Counted from the first letter of the stretch, positions 10,013-20,825 are shown. The stretch: DNA of 64,000 nucleotides from Trueperaceae bacterium (GCA_965213925.1 OZ243927.1:2016001-2080000), one strand, 5' to 3'. The notes: generated from the letters alone by a model not told the origin. Made by a program: numbers and translations.

Positions 10013-10936
10013 ATGGATTTACCCGCTGTTCCTAAGGGCGTAGCCAGGGCTTTTACCCCCGCCCACGTTGAGTTGCCTCTACCCGAGGAGCACCGCTTCC
10101 CCATCTCAAAATACGCTAGGCTCGCAGAGAGGTTGCGCGAGCTGGGGTGGCAGGTCGATAACGCGCCGAGTGCACCTTTAGAAGACTTGGGGCGCGTTCA
10201 CACGGAAGCGTATCTTCACGCGCTTAAAACCTGCACTTTAGACCGCAAAGCCGAACGCAAGCTGGGCTTTCCGCAGTCGGCGGCGCTGTGGCAGCGCTCC
10301 TTGCACAGCGTCGGCGGCACGCTCGCGGCGTTTCACGACGCCTTAGCGCGCGGCTACGGCGTCAACCTAGCGGGCGGCACGCACCACGCCTATCCGGGTC
10401 ACGGCGAGGGGTTTTGCGTTTTCAACGATTACGCCGTTGCGATTCGCCGCGCCTTTCACTACGGGCTCGCGAAAAAGTTCTTCATCGTCGACTTAGACGT
10501 GCATCAGGGCAACGGCACGGCGAAGATATTCGAGGACGACGACAGGGTCTTCACCTTGAGCGTGCACGGCGCACGCAACTATCCCTTTCAGAAGGAGCGG
10601 AGCGACCGCGATATTCCTTTAGCTGACGGGATAGAAGATGAAGAATACTTAGCACTCATTCGCGCCGAACTCCCGCCCCTCATGCGAGAGATTAAGCCGG
10701 ACGTAGTGCTTTATATCGGCGGCGTGGACGTATTAGCGAGCGACCGCTTCGGACGAATGGCGCTGACGCGTGAGGGCGTACGCCAGCGTGACCGTTTCGT
10801 CTTTGACCTTTGTCGCACTGCAGACGTGCCGCTCGTCTACACGATGGGCGGCGGCTACCAAAAAGACATTGAAGTGACGCTCGCGGGGCACATAGCGGGG
10901 CTGGGGGAGCTTAAAGAGGTTTTCGTCAGCGGCTAG
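10013..10936 (+). CDS. Histone deacetylase-family Zn hydrolase
   Basis: HRFP, GGTHHA, GFCVFND, DLDVHQGNGT, GGGY. Confidence 0.95.
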   Translation: MDLPAVPKGVARAFTPAHVELPLPEEHRFPISKYARLAERLRELGWQVDNAPSAPLEDLGRVHTEAYLHALKTCTLDRKAERKLGFPQSAALWQRSLHSVGGTLAAFHDALARGYGVNLAGGTHHAYPGHGEGFCVFNDYAVAIRRAFHYGLAKKFFIVDLDVHQGNGTAKIFEDDDRVFTLSVHGARNYPFQKERSDRDIPLADGIEDEEYLALIRAELPPLMREIKPDVVLYIGGVDVLASDRFGRMALTREGVRQRDRFVFDLCRTADVPLVYTMGGGYQKDIEVTLAGHIAGLGELKEVFVSG

Positions 10937-11877
10937 CTATTCGCGTTATAGGTTAAAAACATCTCCGCTTCCTCTTCGCCGTAGTCCATCAGCTCGCGAA
11001 TGAACCCCGGACGGCGGTCGAGCTTGCTGGCGTAGTCGAGGTCGCGGGTCATGATGATGCGCCTGATTTTGGTAGGGGTATAGGTGTCGCTTTCCAGTGC
11101 GCCGTCCCTAAGAAACCGGTTGATACGCTCGATGAACATTACGTCGCGCTCTAGGGATAAGTTTCCGGTGAGTTCGTTGTGTCTGTCGGTGATCTCTTCG
11201 AAGGTGCGCGGCAATTCGGTGCGGACTTTAGGGTTGATCTGCACGACCCAGATTTCGTCAATGCGAGTTTGCGCGAGGCTCAGCAGCGGCGGATTTTCCG
11301 AAAAGAGCCCGTCCCAGTAGTACGCTTCGCCGAGCTGAACGGCTTGAAAGAGGCTGGGGATGGCGGCGGAGGCGAGAAGTGCTTGGGTCGATACTTCCGT
11401 GTTTTCGAACACCTTAAAGTCACCGCTCAACACGTTGACTGCGCTGACGAAAAGCTGTGGACTGTTTGAGTTGAATGTTCGCGCAATTCTCTCCGGCTCA
11501 AAGAGCGCCGTGACCTCTCGCTGCAGTTCGCGCTGCGCCCAATCGACGGGCGAACTGTTCGGGTTGACGCCCGGCAAGCTGCCCCGCTTGCCCGCCCTCA
11601 CCGCGTGGACGACGACGTTATTGAGCCAGACCTCTTGCAGCGAATCGGCTAAGTTACGCGCCCAAAACCGCTCCAAAGCCGCCGTACCGCCCTCCAAAAT
11701 GAGCCCTTGCCACGCGAGCGCCGCGCAGATCGCGCCGCCCGAGGTGCCGCTCAGCGCGGCGACTTCGAAGGGTCTATCCGAGGGCTCATCACGCAGAAGT
11801 CGTTTCAGGACGCCCGCCGTGAACGCGGTGTGGCTGCCGCCGCCTTGACACGCGATAGCGATGCGAGGCTCTGTCAT
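10933..11877 (-). CDS. Patatin-like phospholipase
   Basis: QGGGSHTAF, GTSGG nucleophile elbow, WDG. Confidence 0.92.
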   Translation of the reverse strand: MTEPRIAIACQGGGSHTAFTAGVLKRLLRDEPSDRPFEVAALSGTSGGAICAALAWQGLILEGGTAALERFWARNLADSLQEVWLNNVVVHAVRAGKRGSLPGVNPNSSPVDWAQRELQREVTALFEPERIARTFNSNSPQLFVSAVNVLSGDFKVFENTEVSTQALLASAAIPSLFQAVQLGEAYYWDGLFSENPPLLSLAQTRIDEIWVVQINPKVRTELPRTFEEITDRHNELTGNLSLERDVMFIERINRFLRDGALESDTYTPTKIRRIIMTRDLDYASKLDRRPGFIRELMDYGEEEAEMFLTYNANS

Positions 11878-12077
11878 CGGGTTGCATTATGGCGTATGCG
11901 CTGGGTAGGCGCAAGCCTACTTGCCAAAAGTTTATACGAGCGTCTATAAACCGGGCAACGGCGGCGCGCTCAGCGCGACGAGGTAGGTGCCTCCCTCTGA
12001 CGGTGCGGCGGCGAGTAGGAGCGTATATGTTCACAACCCTTTGCCTGAGCGCTCGCGTTTTGTTACACTTAACGCTT

Positions 12078-13487
12078 ATGACCTTAGCCGCCCCCAAGCC
12101 CGCTCTAACTGACGCACCCTATACTGCGACGATTTCGCAGGTCAGTCCTGACTCGCCTGCGGACGCGGCGGGCGTGCAAGCGGGCTGGGAGTTGGTGCAG
12201 GTCAACGGCGTCTTTATCCCGGACATTTTAGCGTACCGCCGCGAGTTAGAGCGCGGCGTGGCGACCTTAAAGGTGCGTGACCCGCTTTTAGGGGACGAGT
12301 TGGATTTCACCGTGGAGTGGGAAGACCCTGGGCTCGAGTTCTCTGAGGTCATCTTCGACGGGCTCAAGCTCTGCGCCAACAAGTGCGAGTTCTGCTACGT
12401 CCACCAGATGCCCAAAGGTTTCCGCAAGTCGCTCTACGTCATGGACGACGACTTTCGCACCTCTTTTTTATACGGCTCGTTCGTCACGCTGACCAACCTC
12501 ACCGACGCGGATATAGGGCGCATCGTGAACGAGCACCTGAGCCCCATGTACGTCTCGGTGCACACGACCAACGAGGATTTGCGCAAGGACATGATGAAGT
12601 GGTGGCGCTTGAAGGTTAAGGACGAGCGTGCGACGAAGATTCGCGATATGCTCAGGCGGCTGGAGAGCATCGACCTCTACACGCAGATGGTCTTACTACC
12701 CGGACGCAACGACGGCGAGCATTTAGACGAGACACTCGAGTTTCTAGCCTCACAAGACAACGTGATGGCGGCGGCGTGCGTGCCCGTCGGTCTGACCGAC
12801 CACCGCACGAACTTGCCCGACTTACGCACCTTCACGAAAGAAGAGGCGCGGGACGCGCTGCGCCGCGTTCACGCCTTCCAAAAGCGGATGCTAGCCGAGC
12901 GCGGCACCCGCTTCATCTTCCCGAGCGACGAGTTTTACCTCTTGGCGGATGAGCCCTTACCTGATGAAGAGGCGTACGAAGGCTTTCCGATGTTGGAAAA
13001 CGGCGTCGGCATGGTGCAGGACTTCTTGAGCGAGCCGCCAGCGCGGTTACCCGTACGTCTGCCGCAGCCTAAAAAGGTCATCTTGGCGACGGGCAAACTG
13101 TTCGCGCCCGTTTTAGAGCGTGCCGTAGAACCTTTGCGAGAGGTCGAGGGGTTAGACCTCGAGGTCCGCGCCCTCAAGAACCGCACCTTCGGCGAAGTGA
13201 CGACCGTCGCTGGGCTCCTAGCCGGACGCGACTTCCTCACGCAGATTGCGCCCGGCGAAGCCGACCTCTTGCTCGTCTCGCCGAACGTGTTCAAGTACGG
13301 CACCGAGACGATGTTAGATGAGCGCACGCTAGATGATTTGCGCAGTGAGTTAAAGATGGCGGTCGAAGTGGGCGGTACGAACCTGCGCGAGTTAGCCGAG
13401 GTGATTTTCAGCGGGGTGGGGGAGAGGCACATGCCGCAGTTCGGCTTTTCGACCCACGCGGTGAAAGAGGCGGCGAAGCAGCACTGA
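12078..13487 (+). CDS. PDZ plus radical SAM-like DUF512 protein
   Basis: N-terminal PDZ (SPADAAG), CANKCEFC motif, DDDFRTSFLYGSFVTLTN, LENGVG; start 8 nt after TACACT. Confidence 0.9.
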   Translation: MTLAAPKPALTDAPYTATISQVSPDSPADAAGVQAGWELVQVNGVFIPDILAYRRELERGVATLKVRDPLLGDELDFTVEWEDPGLEFSEVIFDGLKLCANKCEFCYVHQMPKGFRKSLYVMDDDFRTSFLYGSFVTLTNLTDADIGRIVNEHLSPMYVSVHTTNEDLRKDMMKWWRLKVKDERATKIRDMLRRLESIDLYTQMVLLPGRNDGEHLDETLEFLASQDNVMAAACVPVGLTDHRTNLPDLRTFTKEEARDALRRVHAFQKRMLAERGTRFIFPSDEFYLLADEPLPDEEAYEGFPMLENGVGMVQDFLSEPPARLPVRLPQPKKVILATGKLFAPVLERAVEPLREVEGLDLEVRALKNRTFGEVTTVAGLLAGRDFLTQIAPGEADLLLVSPNVFKYGTETMLDERTLDDLRSELKMAVEVGGTNLRELAEVIFSGVGERHMPQFGFSTHAVKEAAKQH

Positions 13488-13563
13488 CTCGAGACTTCCT
13501 TTACATTCTCCTTACCGCTCGTATGTAAAAATCGGGAATGCAGAGGTCAAGAGGTTTTCAAAG

Positions 13564-13878
13564 GTGACAGTTTCCCTTCTCATCCTATTCTGCACGGCGG
13601 TGTGCGTATTGGTGACGTTGCAGATGCAAGACGAACCGGATTTGTCCGAGGACGTGCCCAAAGTTTCAACTCGGTTTCTTGTTCTGCTCGGCGGATTTGT
13701 GGTTTTAGCGGCGTTCGTCGCTTTCCCCTCTAATCCGGCAGAGTGGTCGCTCGGCAACGTCGTGCTCTTTCTCGCGGAGCACACGCTCAATCCGCTGCGG
13801 ATTTTAGGTATCTTAATACTGGGCGGCGCAATTTTCTATTCGGCGGTGTGGGCGTTATACCTTCAGCGGCGGCGTTAG
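13564..13878 (+). CDS. Small membrane protein
   Basis: Three hydrophobic segments; fills the intergenic space. Confidence 0.55.
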   Translation: MTVSLLILFCTAVCVLVTLQMQDEPDLSEDVPKVSTRFLVLLGGFVVLAAFVAFPSNPAEWSLGNVVLFLAEHTLNPLRILGILILGGAIFYSAVWALYLQRRR

Positions 13879-13967
13879 TGGCATTTTTAATGTCTACAGC
13901 GCCTTTCGCAGTGAAAACGCTGTAGGCACAATTTGAACGAAGAAACGCCGTGCTACACTCTGCAACT

Positions 13968-14750
13968 ATGGGCGGGAAACGTTTGGCAAGATGTAAAAAG
14001 GGGTGGCTGAGCGGTGTCAGTTTGGCTGCTCTACTTCTCGCTGCACTCCTACTCGGCTTTACCTGGCGCGACGTGCCCGGTTCTGGCTTAGCGCAGGAGA
14101 CGCTGCAATCCGCGTGGCAAGGTGCCATCAACGCGGCTAGGGGTCCGGTGCGCGTCGGCATCCAAGTCGGACACGAGGACGTGGCGGCGCATCCCGACGA
14201 ACTCGCCCGGCTGAGATTCAATACGGGCGGACATGCGAACGGGCTCGATGAGGTCGACCTCAACCGCGCGGTGGCTGAAGCGTTGAAGGACCGGCTCGAG
14301 GCGTACGGCGTCACCGTCGACCTGCTCAGCGCCACGCCGCCGCCAGGCTACTACGCGGACCTCTTCCTCTCGCTCCACGCCGACAGCGTCGAAGACCCCG
14401 CCCGGCGCGGCTACAAGTCCGCCTATTTCGACCCTGAGCGCAACCCTTTAGAGCCTCGCCTCAAGGCGTATATCGACCGCGCCTACCTGAGCGCGTCGGA
14501 CTTTCCGGATGACCACCACAACACGACGCAGAACATGCACCGCTACTACGCCTTTAACACCTGGCGCTACCGCCACAGCGTCCATCCGGGCACGCCCGCG
14601 CTTCTCGTGGAGATGGGCTACTTGAGCAGTGACGCGGACATGGCATTTCTGAATCGTCCGGAGCAACCCGCGGCGGCGCTTACTGCGGGCATTTTAGCGT
14701 TCCTTCAAGCGCAGGGGCGTTTGCCTGTCGAGCTTGTCGAAGTCGAATAG
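13968..14750 (+). CDS. N-acetylmuramoyl-L-alanine amidase (Amidase_3)
   Basis: N-terminal anchor; IQVGH, E..LN, FLSLHAD, LVEMGYLS Zn-binding motifs. Confidence 0.88.
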   Translation: MGGKRLARCKKGWLSGVSLAALLLAALLLGFTWRDVPGSGLAQETLQSAWQGAINAARGPVRVGIQVGHEDVAAHPDELARLRFNTGGHANGLDEVDLNRAVAEALKDRLEAYGVTVDLLSATPPPGYYADLFLSLHADSVEDPARRGYKSAYFDPERNPLEPRLKAYIDRAYLSASDFPDDHHNTTQNMHRYYAFNTWRYRHSVHPGTPALLVEMGYLSSDADMAFLNRPEQPAAALTAGILAFLQAQGRLPVELVEVE

Positions 14751-14767
14751 CGTTAAGAGGTCTAGCG

Positions 14768-15613
14768 CTACTGCCAGACCTCTTTATAGTCCTGAGCGAA
14801 GCGCCCCAGCGAGGTAGGCGCGCGCCCCATCACGCGCTCGAACGTATCTGTAACCTCTGCGGTGTAGCCTGCTCGCACGGCTCCGTAAAGCTCGGTCATC
14901 AGCTCTAAGTATTCCCCCGGCATCCCTGCTCCTTGCATACGCGCCTGAAAGGTCTCCTTGGAGAGCGGTTCGTAGCGAACGGGTTTGCCTACCGCTTGGG
15001 CGATGACCTTAGCGACCTCATGGCGGTCGTAGGCGCGTGCGCCCGTCAGCGCGTACGCCTGCTCGTCGTGACCCTCTTCCGTGAGCGCTTTGACCCCTAC
15101 AGCGGCGATGTCTCGCGTGTCGATAAAGCTCGTTTTCGCGTCGCCTGCGGGCTCGGCGATAACACCTCTTTCGCGAATCCCTTGGGCGCTCGTCGTGCTG
15201 AAGTTCTGCATGAACCAGTTCGGGCGCAGGTGCGTCCAACTCAGCCCCGACGCCTCGAGGTGCTGCTCGATCTGCCGCAGCGGGTTGTCGCTCCCCTCGA
15301 CGCCCATCGCGGAGAGCCGCACGACGCGCTCTACGCCTGCGTTTTTCGCGAGGTCGACCACGCGGTTCATCTCAGCCACGTTGCCGTCGCCAGGTGACGC
15401 GAGGTAGAGCGCCTGGACCTCGTTAAGTGCAGCGCGAACGCTTTCCTCGTCGGTGAAGTCGAAGGGAACGATGTCTACACGGGGTGTACCGGAGAACGCC
15501 CTCTGAGCTTTCTCGACTGTGTGCGCAGCGAGGCGCACCTCTCGGTTTTGGGCGATGAGCTGCTTAGTGACCTCTCTGCCGACTTTACCATTCGGGGTGG
15601 TGACTAAAATCAT
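14768..15613 (-). CDS. NmrA-like atypical SDR oxidoreductase
   Basis: MILVTTPNGKVG, LRPNWFMQN, IDTRDIA. Confidence 0.9.
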   Translation of the reverse strand: MILVTTPNGKVGREVTKQLIAQNREVRLAAHTVEKAQRAFSGTPRVDIVPFDFTDEESVRAALNEVQALYLASPGDGNVAEMNRVVDLAKNAGVERVVRLSAMGVEGSDNPLRQIEQHLEASGLSWTHLRPNWFMQNFSTTSAQGIRERGVIAEPAGDAKTSFIDTRDIAAVGVKALTEEGHDEQAYALTGARAYDRHEVAKVIAQAVGKPVRYEPLSKETFQARMQGAGMPGEYLELMTELYGAVRAGYTAEVTDTFERVMGRAPTSLGRFAQDYKEVWQ

Positions 15614-15725
15614 GATTCTCTCCTCTCTCTTTGCGCGTTGAAAGGCAGCATAGCGCCTTGCAATCCAAAAAGGAAGTACCTACCATTTAGTGCGTTAGTG
15701 TGTCTGGATATGCTATACCTTAGAG

Positions 15726-16118
15726 ATGAACCCTTCGCTCTGCCAAGAGAAGCCATCCGACAGGACGCCCAACGTGCTCAGTCAGCACTGCCCCTCAAAC
15801 AGCGTGCTCAAAATGGTGGCGGGCAAGTGGCGGGTGCTCGTCCTCTACGCGCTTAGAGGTGAGAAGCGCCGCTACAGCGACCTGCAGCGTTCGGTCGGCG
15901 GCATTTCTCAGAAGATGCTCACGCAGACGTTGCGCGACCTAGAGCGCAACGGCTTAGTTGAGCGCACCGTCTATCCGGTCGTGCCGCCTCACACCGAATA
16001 CGCACTCACCCCGCTCGGTGAGAGCTTAGAAGAGGTCGTGCACGGTTTGGGCACGTGGGCGCAGGACCATATGGAAGCGGTGTTAGGGGCGAGAGAGGCG
16101 TATGACGAGAAAAAGTAG
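15726..16118 (+). CDS. HxlR-family regulator
   Basis: CP...GKW, ISQKMLTQTLRDLERNGLV, PPHTEYALT; divergent from the NmrA-like gene. Confidence 0.93.
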   Translation: MNPSLCQEKPSDRTPNVLSQHCPSNSVLKMVAGKWRVLVLYALRGEKRRYSDLQRSVGGISQKMLTQTLRDLERNGLVERTVYPVVPPHTEYALTPLGESLEEVVHGLGTWAQDHMEAVLGAREAYDEKK

Positions 16119-16155
16119 CGAACCCCGACCAGAATCAACGAGCGTGTCTAAGACG

Positions 16156-16449
16156 CTACCGCTCGAGCAGGCGCACCTCTCGCGCCGTGACGTTTCTCCC
16201 CTCGAGCGAGCCGCGAATATAGAGGGTGTTCCCTACGGCGATATTCCCTAGGGTCAGCGCGTCGCCGCGCTTCGACACGACGCGCGTCTCCTCCGACGCC
16301 GCGACGCGGAGCGCGCCGCCGCGCTCACTCTGCACCTCGAGCGGTTGCGCTGAGATGACCGTCGCGGTAAACGCCGTGTCGGGGATGCAGTCCGCGGCGG
16401 GCGCGCAGGCGGCGAGTAGGGAGAGAAGGATAAAATATAGAAGCTTCAT
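16156..16449 (-). CDS. Small lipoprotein, OB-fold/DUF5666-like
   Basis: Lipobox LAAC; start 7 nt after TATAGT. Confidence 0.7.
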   Translation of the reverse strand: MKLLYFILLSLLAACAPAADCIPDTAFTATVISAQPLEVQSERGGALRVAASEETRVVSKRGDALTLGNIAVGNTLYIRGSLEGRNVTAREVRLLER

Positions 16450-16672
16450 TACGCACACTATAGCCTAACGGCACCGGGCGTTGCAGCGAAGCTGTAGGGA
16501 GCAAAAATCGACTCGCGCCGGTCAGGACTGAGCACGCGTCTGTCCCCTTTACTACCTTGTCGCTACGCTACACCTCCAGGCGTAGCCGCGTGACATGCTG
16601 AAGTGTTGTGAAGACGCGCCGCTGGGGGCTCCTGGGGGGCGGCGGACAGACGGAACGCTCGAGGAGACGCAC

Positions 16673-17647
16673 ATGGCAGTTAAAGACTTTAGCCCTGAAG
16701 AAGAGTCCAAAGACGAAATCGAAGCCACTGACTATCAGGAAAATGCCCCTTCCGTTAAGGACGCGCCCGCCTCGGGACAGGCGGTGCGCGACAGGTTCGG
16801 CTTCGATGAGATTTTCAAGCGCGTTTTAGCTACCGCGGACCACGAACTTTCGCGCCCGCTGGCGCTGCTTTTCTGGAGCGGGTTTGCGGGCGGCGGTACG
16901 CTGGGTTTCAGTCTGCTCGCTAAAGCGGCGATGGACGCGAGTACGGGCAGCGAGATGCTCGGCAACCTCGTCTATCCCATCGGCTTTATCTTTTTGATTA
17001 TCGGGCGCTATCAACTTTTTACTGAGAACACGCTGACACCCGTCGCTTTAGTTTTTACCCGCCTGGCGAGTTTAAGAGATTTGGGGCGAATTTGGGGCAC
17101 CGTCTTTCTCGCTAACATTCTGGGTGCGATGGCGATCGCGCTGCTCTTCGCTACCACGCCCCTTCTCAACGTCGAAGCGGCGGAGGCCGCGCGGGGCTAT
17201 GCCGAACACCTCATGGAAGTGTCTTGGTCGGCAGCCTTTTTCAAGGCGATCGTGGCGGGTTGGATTCTAGCCGGGCTCGTTTGGCTCGTTCACGCCGTGC
17301 CGGACAGTATCTCGCGTGTCCTGCTCATCTGGTTCCTCATGTTCGTCCAGGTGTTCGCCGCCCCCTTCCACTGCATCGTTGGCTCGGTCGAGGTGCTTTA
17401 CCTCGTCTTTTCGAGCGGCGTACATGTCGGCGAATATCTAGGCCAGTTTCTGTTGCCCGTGACGCTCGGTAACACGGTAGGCGGGGTCGTTGCCGTCGCC
17501 TTACTCAACTACGCGCAGTTCGGCGCGGACAAAGAGGGCAGCCCCTTCGCGGAGCGCGGCGAACGGCTCTCCTGGGACGAGTGGTTCTTCGCGAAAACGC
17601 ACCGGACGCCCTCAAAGCCCTTCGGCGGTCTGGGTAAAGGCGACTGA
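16673..17647 (+). CDS. Formate/nitrite transporter family channel
   Basis: YQLFTENT, HCIVGS, LGNTVGG; GAGGAG RBS. Confidence 0.92.
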   Translation: MAVKDFSPEEESKDEIEATDYQENAPSVKDAPASGQAVRDRFGFDEIFKRVLATADHELSRPLALLFWSGFAGGGTLGFSLLAKAAMDASTGSEMLGNLVYPIGFIFLIIGRYQLFTENTLTPVALVFTRLASLRDLGRIWGTVFLANILGAMAIALLFATTPLLNVEAAEAARGYAEHLMEVSWSAAFFKAIVAGWILAGLVWLVHAVPDSISRVLLIWFLMFVQVFAAPFHCIVGSVEVLYLVFSSGVHVGEYLGQFLLPVTLGNTVGGVVAVALLNYAQFGADKEGSPFAERGERLSWDEWFFAKTHRTPSKPFGGLGKGD

Positions 17648-17694
17648 CCGGCACCACTACACGCTAAACGCAGCCTATTTCGTACAATGAGGTT

Positions 17695-18522
17695 ATGTCC
17701 GAACTCTCTGCGCCCGACTTCATAGCGATGTGGCGCTTCGAGCCCATCCCCATCGCCCTGACCTTTGTCGCGCTGCTTTTTTACACGTTGGGGACGGGTC
17801 CGCTACGCTCCCGCTTCTTTCCCGGTCGTCCTTATCCCGCGACCAAAGCGGCGCTCTTCTACCTCGCTTTGACGGTACTCACGCTCGTCTTCGTGTCGCC
17901 GCTCCACACGCTAGGCGAGTTCTACCTCTTGAGCGCGCACATGGCAACGATGATGGTCGTGATCTTCGTGGTCGCGCCGCTCTTCTTGCTCGGCATTCCG
18001 GGCTGGTTGATCGCGCCCTTGGCGCTGCATCCGGTGATCAAACCCATCTTGCGCTTTTTGACGCGGCCCGTTGTCAACGTGATTCACTTCAACGCCGCTT
18101 TTCTCCTTATCCACCTGCCCTTCGTGCTCAAGCCGCTGATGTTTTCGGCCGACGCGCTGCACTACTACACCTACTTCGCTATTTTCGGCTCGGCCGTGCT
18201 GATGTGGTGGCCGCTCATGAACCCTTTGCCTCACGATTTGCCCAACCCGACCTACAAAACGCAGATGATCTACCTGCTCGTGCTCATCACGGCGCATAAC
18301 CCTTTCTCGAGCGTCTTCTCGTTTTACCCCGGTATCATCTACCCTTGGTATCAAGAGGTGCCCAGAGTCTTTAACCTGAGCGCCCTGCAAGACCAACAGC
18401 TCGCCGGGGTGATCATGGGAACGATTTACATCACGGTCATGCTCATCGCGCTCGCGGCGGTGTTCGTACGTTGGTTTAGCGAGGGGGAGACGCGGAGTCA
18501 GCCGTTCGCCGATTTAGCTTGA
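17695..18522 (+). CDS. ctaG: Cytochrome c oxidase assembly factor (Caa3_CtaG family)
   Basis: SPL..LGE.YLLSAHM, APLFLLGIP, WWPL, DQQLAGVIM. Confidence 0.85.
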   Translation: MSELSAPDFIAMWRFEPIPIALTFVALLFYTLGTGPLRSRFFPGRPYPATKAALFYLALTVLTLVFVSPLHTLGEFYLLSAHMATMMVVIFVVAPLFLLGIPGWLIAPLALHPVIKPILRFLTRPVVNVIHFNAAFLLIHLPFVLKPLMFSADALHYYTYFAIFGSAVLMWWPLMNPLPHDLPNPTYKTQMIYLLVLITAHNPFSSVFSFYPGIIYPWYQEVPRVFNLSALQDQQLAGVIMGTIYITVMLIALAAVFVRWFSEGETRSQPFADLA

Positions 18523-18646
18523 GAAACGTAGCGGACGCGTAAACATCATCGTCGGGGCGCTTTTCAGCAGGGATCAGGGCTAGGCGCATTCACCTATTGA
18601 CTTGCCACAACGCCGCTATGCGCCTATAAGCGTTACACTTTCCTTT

Positions 18647-19555
18647 ATGTTAGATGACCTCAGCAGACTCACCGCCGCCGATGAGCGCGGCTTTTTAGCA
18701 CGTTTAGCCGCGCTTCCCGGTTCTTACGACGGTCCTGATGGGCTCCGCGCCGAACCCTACGGTCTCATCAGTTTCGGTGAAGCGAGCGCTTTGAGCATTG
18801 CGCTGCGGCGTTGGGTAGACGCCCCTTTAGTCGTCTCCGGCACACAATTTATGCTCGCGTCGGGCTTCGACTACGGCGAACTCGGGGCGCTTAAGGTCAG
18901 CCTCGAGCTGTCCGACGTCTCCGTCGTCACGCTCGGTCATGAGGCGTACGGGCCAGACTTCCGCGTCGAACCAGGCGTGCTGAGCCCCTACACGTACGCG
19001 AGCTACCTCGCCCACGCCACCGGGCACAGCGAAGCGTTGGCGCGAGCTGAAGCGGTCATGGCGACGCTGCGCGACGGGCTCCGACCCGAAGTCGAGACCG
19101 AGCGTAATCCCGCTAAGATGCTCGCCTGGGCGCTCTGGAACCGCGTCCCTCTTCTCATCGCACCCAAAGGTGACGCGGGCGTGCTTACTCTCTTGCAGCG
19201 CGTCTTCGCGCGGGTCGGCAAATCGCTTAGCGTGAACGCCGGGGAACACCCTTTGGAGTTCTTAGCAGGCGCGTTCGAGGGGCGGCACAGTCTCGCGGAT
19301 GACGTCGTCGGTGTTGTGGTAGGTGCAGAAGACGAGGAGATTGGCTTAGCGAAAGAGGTGCTGGACACGCGGGCGGCGCAACTTGAATCTCTGAGCATCC
19401 CTTTCGGTGGTGTCAGTGAGCCGCTCGCTGACCCTGGGGCTAGGGCTTTAGTCTTTTGGTACATAAGCCTGTGGGTCGCGGCGTACTTGGCATTTCTCCA
19501 TGAGCAGAGCCCGGAAGATAGCCAAGTCTACGAAGCGTTACAAAAGGTTCAGTAA
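18647..19555 (+). CDS. SIS-domain protein, PGI/PMI-like (degenerate)
   Basis: NPAKMLAWALWNRVP typical of the bifunctional PGI/PMI C-domain; start 7 nt after TACACT. Confidence 0.65.
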   Translation: MLDDLSRLTAADERGFLARLAALPGSYDGPDGLRAEPYGLISFGEASALSIALRRWVDAPLVVSGTQFMLASGFDYGELGALKVSLELSDVSVVTLGHEAYGPDFRVEPGVLSPYTYASYLAHATGHSEALARAEAVMATLRDGLRPEVETERNPAKMLAWALWNRVPLLIAPKGDAGVLTLLQRVFARVGKSLSVNAGEHPLEFLAGAFEGRHSLADDVVGVVVGAEDEEIGLAKEVLDTRAAQLESLSIPFGGVSEPLADPGARALVFWYISLWVAAYLAFLHEQSPEDSQVYEALQKVQ

Positions 19556-19571
19556 AGAGTAGAAAACAAAG

Positions 19572-19607
19572 AAGAAGTGCTTAGCGGCGATATGCTAAGC
19601 ACTTCTT
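19572..19607. terminator. Hairpin between convergent genes, probable bidirectional terminator
   Basis: 14-bp perfect IR AAGAAGTGCTTAGC / GCTAAGCACTTCTT. Confidence 0.7.
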
Positions 19608-19621
19608 ACGGCGTCGGTGCG

Positions 19622-20725
19622 TTAGTCTTGCTCGAAGCGGATATTCATCTCATCTTCCATGCCGAACGCTTGCATCTTTTCGCGGTCCGCGAGCAGCTCG
19701 ATCTGGTCGCCGGCTTCGACCCTCGCGTGCGGGTCCACGCGGGCGACGAGGTTCTGGTCGCCGTCTACCGAGGCGATGATCTGCGTTTCTGCGCCCAAAG
19801 GCTCGACGACTTCGACCGTCGCTTTGATGATGTTGTTCTCTTCGGGAATCTCGGTGAGTCCGCGGACACCCAAGTCCTCGGGGCGGATGCCGAAGTAGAC
19901 CTTTTTGCCGTCGTGCTTCTTGACTTTACGGAGCAGCTCGTCGTCGGGCTTGACGCTAAAGCTGTTGCTCTGAATCATGCCGTCTTTGACCGAACCTACT
20001 AAGAAGTTCATAGCGGGCGAGCCCATGAAACCGGCGACAAACTTGTTGACGGGCTTTTCGTAGAGGTTGATGGGCGTGTCGACCTGCTGGATAAAGCCGT
20101 CTTTCATGACCACGATGCGCGTGCCCATCGTCATCGCTTCGACCTGGTCGTGCGTGACGTAGATCGTCGTGACGCCTAAGCGCTTATGCAGCTTCGAGAT
20201 CGAGGCGCGCATCTCGACGCGGAGCTTCGCGTCCAAGTTGGACAGCGGCTCGTCCATCAAGAAGACCTTCGGCTCGCGCACGATGGCGCGGCCCAGGGCG
20301 ACGCGCTGGCGCTGCCCGCCGGAGAGTTCTTTAGGGCGGCGGTCTAAGAGGTGCTCGATCTGCAAAATTTGCGCGGCTTCTTTGACGCGCGTTTCGATCT
20401 CGTCTTTGGGCGTTTTGCGCAGACGAAGACCGAACGACATGTTCTGGCGCACGTCCATGTGGGGGTACAAGGCGTAGTTCTGGAAAACCATCGCGATGTC
20501 GCGGTCTTTGGGCGGCACGTCGTTGACGACCTTGTCGCCGATGCGGAGCGTGCCCTCGCTGATCTCCTCGAGCCCAGCGATCATCCGCAGCGTCGTCGTT
20601 TTGCCGCAGCCTGACGGACCTACGAAGACCATGAACTCCTCGTCTTGAATGTGCAAGTCGAACTCTTGAACCGCCGTCACCGGACCGAACCGCTTGTAGA
20701 CGTTATCCAGCACTACCTCTGCCAT
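19622..20725 (-). CDS. Stand-alone sugar ABC ATPase (MalK/MsmX/UgpC type)
   Basis: GPSGCGKTT, LSGGQRQR, DEPLSNLDAKLR, TOBE C-terminus; GGAGG RBS. Confidence 0.95.
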   Translation of the reverse strand: MAEVVLDNVYKRFGPVTAVQEFDLHIQDEEFMVFVGPSGCGKTTTLRMIAGLEEISEGTLRIGDKVVNDVPPKDRDIAMVFQNYALYPHMDVRQNMSFGLRLRKTPKDEIETRVKEAAQILQIEHLLDRRPKELSGGQRQRVALGRAIVREPKVFLMDEPLSNLDAKLRVEMRASISKLHKRLGVTTIYVTHDQVEAMTMGTRIVVMKDGFIQQVDTPINLYEKPVNKFVAGFMGSPAMNFLVGSVKDGMIQSNSFSVKPDDELLRKVKKHDGKKVYFGIRPEDLGVRGLTEIPEENNIIKATVEVVEPLGAETQIIASVDGDQNLVARVDPHARVEAGDQIELLADREKMQAFGMEDEMNIRFEQD

Positions 20726-20825
20726 ACCAGCCTCCTTAGGGTCTTCTCTTCCTAATCTTATTGTGTCATTCACAGTGCGTGTGATGTTTTACTCTAACAC
20801 AGTTGGGCGAAGAAGAGAAGGGGGC

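Noticed and set aside
9308..19607. Shared GCTAAGC/GCTTAGC core in hairpins at 9308 and 19572
   Set aside because: Only 7-9 bp shared and arm order differs; consistent with unrelated terminators.
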